From Malacoraja senta (lineage: Eukaryota): a stretch of DNA of 64,000 nt. Location of the stretch: positions 9,054,001-9,118,000 of the forward strand of contig CM075991.1 of the NCBI GenBank assembly GCA_038087875.1, written 5' to 3'. The position numbers were made by a program, and so were the translations under genes. The notes below the pieces were generated by a model that was given only the letters and a program-made list of their open reading frames with translations, had not been told where the DNA came from and did not search any database. Shown piece by piece: positions 22,277 to 34,040 of the stretch; position 1 is the stretch's first letter, and each line of letters begins with the position of its first letter.

Positions 22277-22471
22277 CTTCTTCTTTCATGCCATCTTCCA
22301 TGTTTCAAATGTTGACCTCGTTGTCATCGTCCGTCCTGAAAAGGTCGCAAGCTTCCGGCGACAATCAGTGGGAGCCATCACTTGTTGCAATAGATGACGG
22401 TGGTAGCAGAATTAGCTCGGGATACTTCCAGTTTCCCGCCCCGCGACATGGACTATGCTTCTGCTATGGGA
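22277..22471 (-). mobile_element. ~195-bp non-autonomous element with (GAA)n tail, 13-bp TSD and HDV-like 5' fold
   Basis: CCATATCCCTAGT at 22264-22276 and 22472-22484; 3' end GGCATGAAAGAAGAAG. Confidence 0.72.
22404..22471 (-). ncRNA. Candidate HDV-like ribozyme (degenerate copy)
   Basis: P2 UAGCAGAA/UUCUGCUA (8 bp), J4/2 CUAA, L3 UCCAUGU closed by GC(AUA)G/CGC, P1 (U/C)CCC/GGGG, P4 GGGA/UCCC. Confidence 0.62.
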
Positions 22472-22887
22472 CCATATCCCTAGTAAAGAGACCTCTTAAT
22501 ATACTTGACTCGAAACATCACCCATTCCTTCTCTCCAGAGATGCTGCCTGTCCCGCTGAGTTACTCCAACATTTTGTGTCTATCTTATTATACTTGCTGA
22601 GTTTCTTGACCATCATATATTGATGGCGAAAAGGTTTAACTCCACTCCATGATCTGAAACCGCCTTTCTGTATCACACAGGAGGTCACATTCCTCACGTC
22701 TATGATTCTGTCAGCTTGATGTTATCTGGCAACAATTTTCATTTCCAGTCTTTGATTCAAGCAGATCCTAATCAGAAGGCAGAGTGTCAGTAAAGTCAAA
22801 ACTGCTGGATCGTTGGTTAATAATCTAGCTCACTGATGACTATCAGAGGAAGAAGGAAGCTGCCCTGACCTGCAGTGTCCTCACTGT

Positions 22888-23090
22888 GATTGCAGTTCCA
22901 CAAAATAGGAGAAGTAGGCCATTCAGCCCCTCACGCCTGCCTCACCTTTTAATACGTTCATGGCTGATCTGTCCGCATTGTCATCTCTGCGATTGCAGTT
23001 CCACAAAATAGGAGGAAAGTAGGCCATTCAGCCCCTCACTCCTGCCTCAATACATTCATATCTGATCTGCCACAGGTCTCATCTTCTCTT
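22888..23090. repeat. Local tandem duplication, ~103-bp unit x2
   Basis: GATTGCAGTTCCACAAAATAGGAG...TAGGCCATTCAGCCCCTCAC starts at 22888 and at 22991. Confidence 0.8.
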
Positions 23091-23401
23091 CTGTGTCAAT
23101 TCCCCATCACCTTCGATTCCCGACATTTCAAAAATGTATCCACCGCCTCTTTAAATGTTTCCAATGATCACAGCTACTGCACCCTCTACGATAGAGAAGT
23201 CCAAAGGTTCGTTGAATGTCCTCTCACCTCTGTTTTAGTTGACCACCCCCAGATCTTGGAACTATGTCCGCCTCATTTGAGATTCATCCACCAGTGCAAA
23301 AAACCCAACATCTATCTTTTCATGTCTCCTCAACTTGTTAAATATTTCAATGAGATCAGTTTACTTCAGTTATACTGCACAGAAAGAGGCCCTTTGGCCC
23401 A

Positions 23402-24180
23402 CAACACCATACACCTCTGCACATCGATGGAGCTGATGTGGAAAGGGTCAACAGCGTGAAGTTCCTAGGACTCCACCTGTCAGATGACCTGACGTCCACG
23501 ACCAACACCACAGCACTGGTCAAGAGAGCCCAGCAGCGACTACACCCTCTCCGAAGACTACGTAAAGCAGGTCTCCCCGCTACACACATACAAACTTTTT
23601 ATAGGGGGACAATCGAGAGCACATTAACCTACGGCATCACTTCCTGGTTCGGGAGCTGCAAGGCGTACGAACGGCACCAACTAGACAGGATTGTGAAGAC
23701 CGCCAGCAGGATTATTGGTGCTCCACTCCCTTTCCTGCTGGACATATACAGGAAGAGATGTATCAGCAGAGCCATCTCCATCATCAAAGACCCCTACCAC
23801 CCATCGCACCACATATTCTCCATCCTGCCATCTGGGAAGAGGTACCGGAGCATTAGGTGCAAAACCAGCAGGATGCTCCTCAGCTTCTTCCCGCAGGTTA
23901 TAAGACTGATAAACGGACTTTGCCCCCTGCCAAAGTATCGTGCACCAACCACCAACCTGGACACACTGCAGCACAGCCACTGTCGTGCCGCTGCCGATCG
24001 GAACGCCTGTTGATGTTTAGTAGAGAGTAGAGTTTTAATTAATTTGTTCATGATATATGTATTTTAACTTCTATTTATTTTTTACTGCACATTGAAATGG
24101 ACACTGGTTGAGGAACGTTTTTTTGTTTCCTCTGGGTATGTGAATACTCAGGAAATGACAATAAAGATATACAATACAAT
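23402..24180 (+). mobile_element. Rex1/Babar LINE 3' fragment (RT C-terminal ORF 23438-24013) nested in a minus-strand HE1 SINE
   Basis: ERVNSVKFLGLHLSDDL...KRAQQRL...FYRGTIES.LTYGITSWFG...LPSGKRYRS...SFFPQ; AATAAA plus (TACAA)n tail. Confidence 0.9.
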
Positions 24181-24557
24181 CGAGTCCTCACCGACCAGCG
24201 ATCCCCGTACACTGACACAAGGGACAATTTACAATTTTTACCTACAAACCCATACGTCTTTGGAGTGAGGGAGGAAAGTTATATGGATTCTTCTGGTCTT
24301 CAGGAAGGTTCATTGATATATCCATGCCCAAGCCCCACGTGACTGAGGCTTTTCAACCATCGGACAAATAGGACATAGCTGTTCCATTGTTCCCTTTTCA
24401 ATCATTAGTTTTAGCGTCCTGTATCCCATTGATAATAAACAACCTTTCTTCTTCTTCATCTTCCTCAACTAGAGAGTTCATGTAAAGTTGTCTTCTTTTC
24501 TTATCATGCTCAAAAGGATTTAGTCGTTAGCCATAGAGCTGCAAATAATAACCCAAC

Positions 24558-25638
24558 TAGGAGTAAACGGGTCCTTTTCAGAATGGCAGGCAGTGACTAG
24601 TGGGGTACCGCAAGGCTCAGTGCTGGGACCCCAGCTATTTACGATATATATTAATGATTTGGACGAGGGAATTGAATGCAACATCTCCAAGTTTGCGGAT
24701 GACACGAAGCTGGGGGGCAGTGTTAGCTGTGAGGAGGATGCTCGGAGGCTGCAAGGTGACTTGGATAGGCTGGGTGAGTGGGCAAATGCATGGCAGATGC
24801 AGTATAATGTGGATAAATGTGAGGTTATCCACTTTGGTGGCAAAAACAGGAAAGTAGACTATTATCTGAATGGTGGCCGATTAGGAAAAGGGGAGATGCA
24901 ACGAGACCTGGGTGCCATGGTACACCAGTCATTGAAAGTAGGCATGCAGGTGCAGCAGGCAGTGAAGAAGGCGAATGGTATGTTAGCATTCATAGCAAAA
25001 GGATTTGAGTATAGGAGCAGGGAGGTTCTACTGCAGTTGTACAGGGTCTTGGTGAGACCACACCTGGAGTATTGCGTACAGTTTGGGTCTCCTAATCTGA
25101 GGAATGACATTCTTGCCATAGAGGGAGTACAGAGAAGGTTCACCAGACTGATTCCTGGGATGTCAGGACTTTCATATGAAGAAAGACTGGATAGACTCGG
25201 TTTGTACTCGCTAGAATTTAGAAGATTGAGGGGGGATCTTATAGAAACGTACAAAATTCTTAAGGGGTTGGACAGGCTAGATGCAGGAAGATTGTTCCCG
25301 ATGTTGGGGAAGTCCAGAACAAGGGGTCACAGTTTAAGGATAAGGGGGAAATCTTTTAGGACCGAGATGAGAAAAATATTTTTCACACAGAGAGTGGTGA
25401 ATCTCTGGAATTCTCTGCCACAGAAGGTAGTTGAGGCCAGTTCATTGGCTATATTTAAGAGGGAGTTAGATGTGGCCCTTGTGCCTAAAGGGATCAGGGG
25501 GTATGGAGAGAAAGCAGGGATGGGATACTGAGTTGGATGATCAGCCATGATCATATTGAATGGCGGTGCAGGCTCGAAGGGCCTAATGGCCTACTCCTGC
25601 ACCTATTTTCCATGTTTTTATGTTTCTATGTTTCTATA
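24558..25638 (+). mobile_element. Young CR1 LINE, 5'-truncated, with an open RT C-terminal reading frame (24593-25531)
   Basis: SGVPQGSVLGP, FADDTKLG, RPHLEYCVQF, NLWNSLP; (TTTCTATG)n tail. Confidence 0.95.
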
Positions 25639-26543
25639 CTTCTCTATTTCTAAACTCTGACCTAGTTAGACGTGGCTGTAGATGCCAAGTCAATAGAAGA
25701 TAGACACAAAAAGCTGGAATAACTCAGCAGGACAGGCAGCATCTCTGGAGAGAAGGAATGGGTGATGTTTCGGGTTGAGACCTTTCTTCAGTCTTCTATC
25801 TTCGGTTTAAACCAGCATCTGCAGTTCCTTCTTACACACCAACTCAATGGATATTTTTAAGGCGGAGATTGACAGTCTTGATTAGTTTAGGTGTCAGGGG
25901 TTATGGGGAGAAGGCAGGAGAGTGGGGTTGACATGAGAAGATAGATCAGCCATGATTGCATGGCGGAGTAGACTTGATGGGCCGACTGGCCTAATTCTGC
26001 CACCATAACTTATGGATTGATCTTATGAACAACTCTCCAAATGCAAGAACAGGTACAGACAAAGTGTAAAGTTTATGTAAAACGATAAAAAATCTCATTA
26101 TAAATTTAAAAAATGCCTTCCATTATACACTAAAAAAATGGTAAGGTACGAGGCAAATTCTGAGCAGTGTTCGAGATAGCATCAGCACTGCCTCTGTGGT
26201 TTTTAGTGTTGTCCCATTATCGAGTATATCGGGGCAGTCAGTCACACACACAGCTACACCGAAAATAGATAGAATTACTTTCAGAAATCTCAATGGAATT
26301 TAATTCCAAATTGCCATCTGTTCTGCAAAGTTTCATCAAACGTAATAACTTGCCTTATTTGTGCGAGATCTTTGGTAACTACAGGGGAATGAAGGACTCT
26401 TGCAGACACAACAGCACCAAGCTGAGTGTTGAAGTTTCTTGGACTTGGGTATGACCCTAATTGAGTGCCTTATATCCTGCCGATCTGCACTAGTGTTTCT
26501 AACATGAGCTGCCCCAGTAAATCGAAGAATTAAGGCAAAGTAA

Positions 26544-27038
26544 AGGGCCTGTCCCACCAGCATGCGACCGCATGCGGCAAACGCGACCGAACTGGAAGCG
26601 GGGGCCGCGCGGAGGTCGAGTGATCCCCGTACAGGGCCTGTCCCACCAGCATGCGACTGCCTGCGGCGAGCGCGACCAAACCGGAAGCGGGGGCCGCGCG
26701 GAGGTCGAGTGAGTGACGTGAAGTTCGAGCGAAGTCCGCGGGAAGTTCGCGCGTGACGTACGGCGTCAAGATGCTGCGTACGTCGTCGAGATGCTGCGTA
26801 CGGCATCGAGGCGGTGCGTACGGCATCGAGGCGGCTGCGGGCCGGCAGGCCGTTGCCGCGCGGAATTTTTGAACAGTGTCAGTTTTTCGGAGCCCCGCGC
26901 GATGTCGGGACCAGCTCCGCACAACTCCATACGGCTCCGGCGATCGAAGTGGGACCGGCCCCGCGAGGCGGTACGGCTCAAGCGACCACGTTAGGTCACG
27001 CTTGCCGCATGCAGTCGCATGCTCGTGGGACAGGCCCT
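26544..27038. mobile_element. PIF/Harbinger-type MITE with duplicated left end
   Basis: AGGGCCTGTCCCACCAGCATGCGAC at 26544 and again at 26633; right TIR GCATGCTCGTGGGACAGGCCCT; flanks TAA/TTA. Confidence 0.82.
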
Positions 27039-27085
27039 TTACATTAGACAGGTAGGATGGGGAATCCTTGAAATTAAACCCTGCT

Positions 27086-27398
27086 TTCGTTTAGTTTAGT
27101 TTGGAGATACAGCACAGAAACAGGCTCTTCGGCCCACCGAGTCCGCGCCGACCAGCGATCCCCGCGCACTAACACTATCCTACACACACTAGGGACGATT
27201 TACAATTTTACCAAACCAATTAACCAACAAACCTGTACGTCTTTGCAGGGTGGGAGGAAACAGGAGCTCCCGGAGAAAACCCACGCAGGTCAGGGGAGAA
27301 CGTACAAACTCCGTTCAGACGCCACCCATAATCAGGATCGAACCTGGGTCTCTGGCATTGTAAGGCAGCAACTCTACCGCTGTGCCAATGTGCCACCC
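27086..27398 (-). mobile_element. HE1-type SINE (full length)
   Basis: Full HE1 layout. Confidence 0.9.
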
Positions 27399-27434
27399 TG
27401 ATGTTCTCTCGCCAACCCGTGCTGTAACATGATT

Positions 27435-27745
27435 ATGTAATCGACCAGACACCAGGATCCAAAGTCATGAATTCAATCCCATCATGACATTTGGAGAATT
27501 TAATATTCAACTAATTAAGTAAACCTAGAATTAAAACTGGTCTCAGTAACAGTGAACATGAAACTACTGGATTGTTATAAAAGCACATATTTTAAAGACA
27601 TCCTTACCTGGTCTGACCTATGACACCAAGCCCGGAATAGTGGCTGATTCTTAATGTCTCTTCCCTTCAGGGGTAATTAAGGATTAGTAGCAAATGTTGG
27701 AATGTCCAGGGCTGTCCACGTCCTGTGAAGAAATAAATTGAATAA
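27435..27745 (+). mobile_element. Older SINE family distinct from HE1 (related copies ~50745-51095; partial ~3360-3460, ~22770-22890)
   Basis: Shared blocks between copies: ATCCCA(T/C)CA.G.CA, CATCCTT, G.AATTA.GGAT...AAATG.TGG. Confidence 0.5.
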
Positions 27746-27985
27746 ACAGAAGCATAATAAAATTGGCAAGGACATTGAGTTAGAAAGGTGGCAGGTCAAA
27801 ATGGTGGCCGTGGCTCAGAACAAAAGGATGTTTGGAAATGTGACTAGAAAAGCCGAGATCATATGGAAGCACCAAGAGAGAGATGTATTGTTAGCAGAGC
27901 TCTCTTTTGGATGAACCATTAAACTTAACTCAGATGGACAAGAAAGATCACATGGTACCATTCCTTTGCAGAAGAGTAGCAATAT

Positions 27986-28252
27986 GGGCAGCCCAGTGGC
28001 ACAGCAGGTAGAGCTGCTGCCTCACAGTTTCAGAGACCCAGGTTCGATCCTGACCTCGGGTGTTGTCTGTGTGGAGTTTGCATGTTCTCCCCGTGACCAC
28101 GTGGGCTTCCTCCAGGAGCTCCCGCTTCCTCCCACATTGGCAAAGACGTGCAGGTTTGTAAGTTGATTGGCTTCTGCAGTGTTGGGGTGGACGATGGCCG
28201 GCATGGACTCGGTGGGCCGAAGGGCCTGCTTCCACACTGTATCTCTAAACTA
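27986..28252 (+). mobile_element. HE1-type SINE
   Basis: A/B boxes, body and tail. Confidence 0.85.
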
Positions 28253-28559
28253 GACCCTTAGCCCTTAGAATATCAAAACGGACAATTTGGCTTGTATAAG
28301 ATTACTAGAGCTAACTGGGCAGAGATTGGCTATCAAATTTCCTAAGCAGTCAAAACTATTAAAATAGAACACATTTGCCAGTTTGAAACGTCCTAAAATA
28401 GGGACGATACGTGAAATATCGTTATTTTTTAATCTGGAGGGACATAGTTTGAACCATCACAACAATGCTAATTCACCAAAAGAAGTCCAGGCCAATCAGC
28501 CCTTTATATCCATGCCATCATTCAATAGTTTCATGGTTGATTCGTGGTCAAACATTCTC

Positions 28560-28832
28560 AGTGACACAGTGGCAGAGTTGCTGCCTCACAGCGCCAAAGA
28601 CCCGGGTTCGATCCTGACTACAGGTGCTGTCTATCCAGAGATTGTACGTTCTCCCCGTGAACTTGTGGGTTTTCCTCCACCTCCCAAAGACGTGCAGCTT
28701 TGTAGGTTAACTGCCTTCTGTAAATTGTCCCTAGTCTGTAGGATAGAACTAGTATATGGGTGATTACAGGTTGGCATGGAATTGATGGGCCGAATGGCCT
28801 GTTTGCACACTGTATCTCTCAACTAAGCTAAA
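28560..28832 (+). mobile_element. HE1-type SINE
   Basis: B-box GGTTCGATCC, body and tail. Confidence 0.82.
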
Positions 28833-29125
28833 CATTCTCATTTGGAACTTGCATGCTCCATACATCATACTTCCACTTCAGACATATCCCATTCTGGAGA
28901 GTTACTTCATTCATATCCCTCAGGATCTTGCAACCTCAAGTGCATCTCAGCAGAAAACAAAAGGTCCACAAAGGGAATGCCTGCAACTAATGTGAAGATC
29001 AAACTGCCAACCAGTGAAAAATTCTTCCACCTGTTTCTAAAGCACGTTGCATCGATGCTAAGAACCAGGCTAGAATAAAGTTATCATGGGCATGAAGATG
29101 GCATTGAGTCCAACAAACCCGGCAC

Positions 29126-29437
29126 GGGCGGCACAGTGGCGCAGCGGTAGAGTTGCTGCCTTGGCGCTGGAGGCCCGGGTTAGATCCTGACTACCGGCGC
29201 TGTCTGTGCAGAGTTTGTACCATCTCCCCGTGACCGCGTGGGTTTTCTCCAAGATCTTTGATTTTCCTCCCACACTCAAAAGACGTACAGGTACATCGGT
29301 TAATTGGCTTTGGAGTATGTGTAAACTGTCCCGAGTGTAGGATAGTGTGAATGTGCGGGGATCGCTGGTCAGCATGGACCCGGTCAGCACGGACTCGGTG
29401 GGCCGAAGGGCTTGTTTCTACGCTGTATTTCTAAAAA
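29126..29437 (+). mobile_element. HE1-type SINE
   Basis: A/B boxes, body and tail. Confidence 0.88.
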
Positions 29438-29520
29438 ATGAAAAAATAAACCCAATTTAATGGATCACGCATGAGTAACTTCTAAGAGCAATGTATGTGG
29501 TTGATGTGGGGAGGGCCTAA

Positions 29521-29736
29521 AGGGCCTGTCCCACTTTCACCACCTATTTCACGACCTTTTTTACTCATGGACATTTTTCATCAGGCTAGAAAAAACTCCC
29601 CAACCTACTTGATGCCACAAGTACCTACAACTAGCATCACGGCCTGCTACAACCTACCTACGACCTCGTGAAAACCATGCTGCGAGTATGAGTCAAGGGC
29701 AAATTCGTCAGAGGTCGTGAAAGTAGGACAGGCCCT
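29521..29736. mobile_element. PIF/Harbinger-type MITE
   Basis: TIRs AGGGCCTGTCCCACTTTCAC / GTGAAAGTAGGACAGGCCCT; TAA TSD at 29518-29520 and 29737-29739. Confidence 0.88.
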
Positions 29737-31651
29737 TAAAATTAATGCTTCTCATCTGTATTCATTAAGCATCAGTGATTTGTGATTAGTACGGGTGTCA
29801 GAGCTTATGGGGAGAAGGCAGGAGACTGGGGTTAGGAGGGAGAGATAGTTCAGCCATGATTGAATGGTGGAATAGACTTGATGGGACAAATGGCCTAATT
29901 TTACTCCTATTCCTTATGACCTTGTGGCCTTAAGCAGATGGATACAGAAGTCGGTGAGGTCAGGGTGCGGCGGTTAATGTTAAGAAGGTTAATGTTAAGA
30001 AAGGTACACAAAAAAGCTGGAGAAACTCAGCGGGTGCAGCAGCATCTATGGAGCGAAGGAAATAGGTAAAGTTTTGGGCCGAAACCCTTATGTTAAGAAA
30101 GGGTTGGTGTTAGTGGTTATCATACACTGTTACACCAGTGCCTGCAATTCAACATTTCAGTGAAAGGAGAAAGCCTTCTGAGATTGTGACCAGTTGCGCT
30201 AGCCTTTATTTCGTGGTTTTATTTTTTTACGCATGTTTTTTGTGGAACAAGCAACGTTTCCTCAGCTGGCACCAATCTGATTGACTGTCAATTAATGGCC
30301 ATTTTCCCTTTGCAGAATAAAGGAAAATGTTTTGTACTTCTAACCAGCTTTGTGCCTGTAAATTTTAACTTGGAGAGTTGCTCCCCAGTTACCGAGGTTT
30401 AAAAACTAAATAAAGGTAAGGCAACAGAGAAAGCATAAAAACTTCAGGAGTTTGTGTCATTTTATTGTAAAGGCATATACCGTAAATAGTGTAGTGGAAA
30501 GGTTTATGGTTTAAATGGAATATGTGTGGAAAGATGCATGAAAATGTGCTGCTGAGAAATCCCATGAAGATTTGTGTATTGCCTTCTGAGTTCAAAGGAA
30601 ATTTATAGACAAATTGCTCAGTAATCCCAGATGTCCTTAGCTGAAGGTATACCTACAGAGGTCCATGATATATTGCCAGTTATAGGCTGAATACCAGCGA
30701 CTCCTTGCAGAACATCCAGTTCTTGACTAATGTCTCCAAGTTACCAGTCCATTGGACTCTGTTAGTCCTGTCCCAAGGAACTGATACCCAGTCTGAAGAA
30801 GGGTCCCGCCCAAAACGTCACCTATCCATGTTCTCCAGAGATGCTGCCTGACCCCATGTTACTCCAACACTTTATGTCCTAACTGAACAAAGGTTTGTGT
30901 GCCTTCTTCAGACTGAGAGTCAGGGAAGAGGGAAACAAGCAATATAGAATATAGATAGCAATATCAATTGGATAAATGAATGAAAGATATACAGAAAGGA
31001 ATGATGATCACAGAAACGGGTCTGGATGCCTCTATATCTCTAGTTTCCCTCCACTCTAACTCTCAGTCTGCAGAAGGGTCTCGAACTGAAACGTCACTTA
31101 TTCCTTTGCTCCAGAGATGCTGCCTGATCCACACAGTTACTCCAGATGTTTGTGTCTGTCCGGTATAAACCAGCATCTGCAGTTCCTTCCTGCACATTTT
31201 GTCTGCTCCATTGCAAAGTATGTGTAGGAAGAAACTGCACACAAAGATGGACGCAAAAAGCTGGAGTAACTCTGCGGGACAGGCAGCAATCTCTGGAGAC
31301 TACTTTGAAGAAGGTCTCCTCCTCTCTCCGACGAGAGCTCTCCGGCTCCACAACCACGTTTCAACCCAGAACCGTTTCCGCGATCATCGCTGCTTTTTGT
31401 ATATCTTTCATTAATTTGTTCTATATCACCGTCTGTATCTCTCGATTCCCTTTCCCCTGACTCTCAGTCTGAAGAAAAGTCCCGGCCCGAAAGGTCACCT
31501 GTTCCTCTTCTCCTGCCTTCTCCCCACAACCCTTGACACCCTTACGAATCCAGAATTTGCAATCTGCACTTTAAAAATATCCATTGACTTGGTCTCCACG
31601 GTCGTCTGTGGCATGGTGGGCCATAGGGCCTACTTCTGCAATGCAAAATAT

Positions 31652-31966
31652 TAGTTTAGCTTAGTTTAGTTTAGAGATACAGCACGGAAACAGGCCCCTT
31701 CGGCCCACCGAGTCCACACCGACCAGCGATTACCGCACATTAACACTACCCCACACACACACGAGGGACAATTTTACATTTACACCAAGCCAATTAACCT
31801 ACAGACCTGTACACCTTAAGGAGTGTGGGAGAAGGTCGGAGATCTCGGAAAAAAAACACGCAGGAGAACGTGCAAACTCCGTACAGTCAGCACCCATAGT
31901 CAGGATCGAACCCGGGTCTCTGACGCTGTGAGGCAATAGCTCTACCGCTGCACCACCGTGCCGCCC
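31652..31966 (-). mobile_element. HE1-type SINE
   Basis: Full HE1 layout. Confidence 0.88.
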
Positions 31967-32264
31967 TCTATGACTCTATGGAAAGCTTTGAGATAGCAAA
32001 CAGACCACATGAAGGATCGCAATCTGTGTGACAAGGTGCAGAGATTTGCATGGAGTGAAATACACTTTTACAGGACTATGATGAATTTGTTGGAACCATC
32101 ATTCTTATCTTTAATGATCCAAGTGTGCAAGAGGGAATAAAGGTATCGTGGAAATGTTCTATAAATCGTGTTGGGTATCAAGAAGGACCAAAGACTGAAT
32201 ATTATTGAATGTTCTCACAGCTCTGCAGGCAACCTGAGGCCAGGGTATCATTAGCAATGGGAAA

Positions 32265-33287
32265 CTTAATATCATATTTGTATAATATTATCTTAAATGT
32301 ACAAATACCATCTACGGAGGGTATCAGAAGAGACTGGGAACAAGAGTTAGCTATTAAAATTTCAAAGGAAAGTTGGAATGAATACTTATGCTCGATTAAT
32401 GTAAGACACACTTTAATACAATTTAAAATTTTACATAGATTATATTATTCGAAAACTAAAATTCATAACATTTTCCCAAATGTATCATCTATTTGTGATA
32501 AATGTCAATCCCAAGAAGCTACTATAGCGCACTCATTCGTTTTCTGTACAAAAATTCAAAAATTTTGGAATGAAATTTTTGAAATCTTTACAAAGTTATT
32601 TAAAACAAGACTGATACCCAAAGCAGAATGGATTATCTTCGGTATAACGGAAGATGGTCCAGAACTAAATGTGTTTCAAAAGAAACTAATGGACTATGGG
32701 TTAATAACTGGAAAAAAGCTAATTCTAAAATTTTGGAAGAAGGCTCCAATACCAACAATAAATATGTGGATTTCAAATATGTTTGAAACACTACACCTAG
32801 AAGAGATAAGACTCCTCCCTGCAGGTAAACCAGATCACTTCCACCTGACGTGGTCTGCATTTATAGAATTATTACAAACATAGGGTGCAAAAGTACTTAA
32901 AAAAAAAAAAATTTGAGGTCAGGTAAGGGGGGATGATAGTTGAAGAGTTGGTATGTCCCATTTACGTAATGCTCATAAAAATATTTGTTTCTCTCTTTTT
33001 CCTCTTTCTCTCTCTCTTTCTTTCCTAGGGTCTATTTCTTAACTCTTTTTCTTTTGTTTTTAATTTTGCTCTTATAGGGTCTTCGTCTTTTTTTGTTGTC
33101 ACATTTTCTACACTTTCACTTTTTCCTTCACTTTCTTCTTTCTTTCAATCTTTTCCTTTTCTAGTGTAAAAAATAAATGGAGTACATTAATTGTAAGAAG
33201 ATATAAATGACGAGTACTAATGTATGTGGTTGTAATGTAATGTACTTCTAATAAATAAAAATAAAAACAAATAGATTTTTTTTAAAA
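32265..33287 (+). mobile_element. L1-type LINE 3' fragment (ORF2 C-terminal CCHC zinc-knuckle region plus 3' UTR), 12-bp TSD
   Basis: QFKILHRLYYS...CDKCQSQEATIAHSFVFC...FWNEI...IIFG...ILKFWK; AGCAATGGGAAA at 32253-32264 and 33288-33299. Confidence 0.9.
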
Positions 33288-33469
33288 AGCAATGGGAAAA
33301 GGATTGAATTTTGTTTCAACATCAACTGTGTCAATGCACAGAGGTTTCAATGCAATAATTACAACAACATGCGAGCAAGAAAGAGAGGTGATGGACATAA
33401 ACTACCTTTGTGCAAAATGGATGCACAAAGAAGTGGAGATGCTGGAATCTAGAGTAAGGGTATGAAGTA

Positions 33470-33897
33470 ATGTCACCTGTTCATTCCCTCCAGTGATGCT
33501 TCAAGATCCACTGAGTTACCCCAGAACTTTATGCTTTATCCTTGCCTGAACCCTTCCTTTCCTTCCTTACTCTCCACAGGAGCATAAAAGGTTGTCGTAA
33601 GAAGGCAGGAGGATTGGATTGAGAGGATAAAATAGATCGGCCATGATTGAATGGCAGAGTAGACATGATGGACCAAAATGTTGCCTGTCCATTCGCACCA
33701 GAGATGCTTCATGACCCACTGAGTTACCGCAGCACTTTATGCTTTATCCTTGTGCAAACTTTCCCTTTCTCCTTGTTTAATATCCTTCCTTACTATCCCT
33801 AAGGGCATCAAAGATTGTGGAAAGAAGGCAGGAGACTGGGGTTGAGAGGGAAAGATAGATCAGCCAATGGAGGAGTAGACTCGATGAACCAAACAGC
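33470..33897. repeat. Old tandem duplication (~205-bp unit: PLE fragment plus unique spacer plus CR1 tail)
   Basis: CCACTGAGTTACC.CAG.ACTTTATGCTTTATCCTTG...CCTTCCTTACT...AAGAAGGCAGGAG occurs twice in the same order. Confidence 0.75.
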
Positions 33898-34040
33898 CTA
33901 ATTCTGCTCCTTTGTCTTGTGGTCTCATGTTGACAAGGTCAGCAAATAAACCCTTCACCTCTGTGTTGACCAGATCGGAATAGTCTTCAGAGTATCTTAA
34001 AATGGTCCAAACCTCACACACAACAGGAGGTCTTCCCAGC

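Noticed and set aside
24440..24540. Acidic coding-like stretch on the minus strand (RLNPFEHDKKRRQLYMNSLVEEDEEEE)
   Set aside because: All three frames hit a stop shortly after the nearest acceptor, and the donor is weak.
32209..32264. N-terminus of the 224-aa ORF as a host-L1 fusion gene
   Set aside because: Chance open flank upstream of the TSD; the ORF start codon is not ATG-supported as a gene and there is no promoter or splice evidence.
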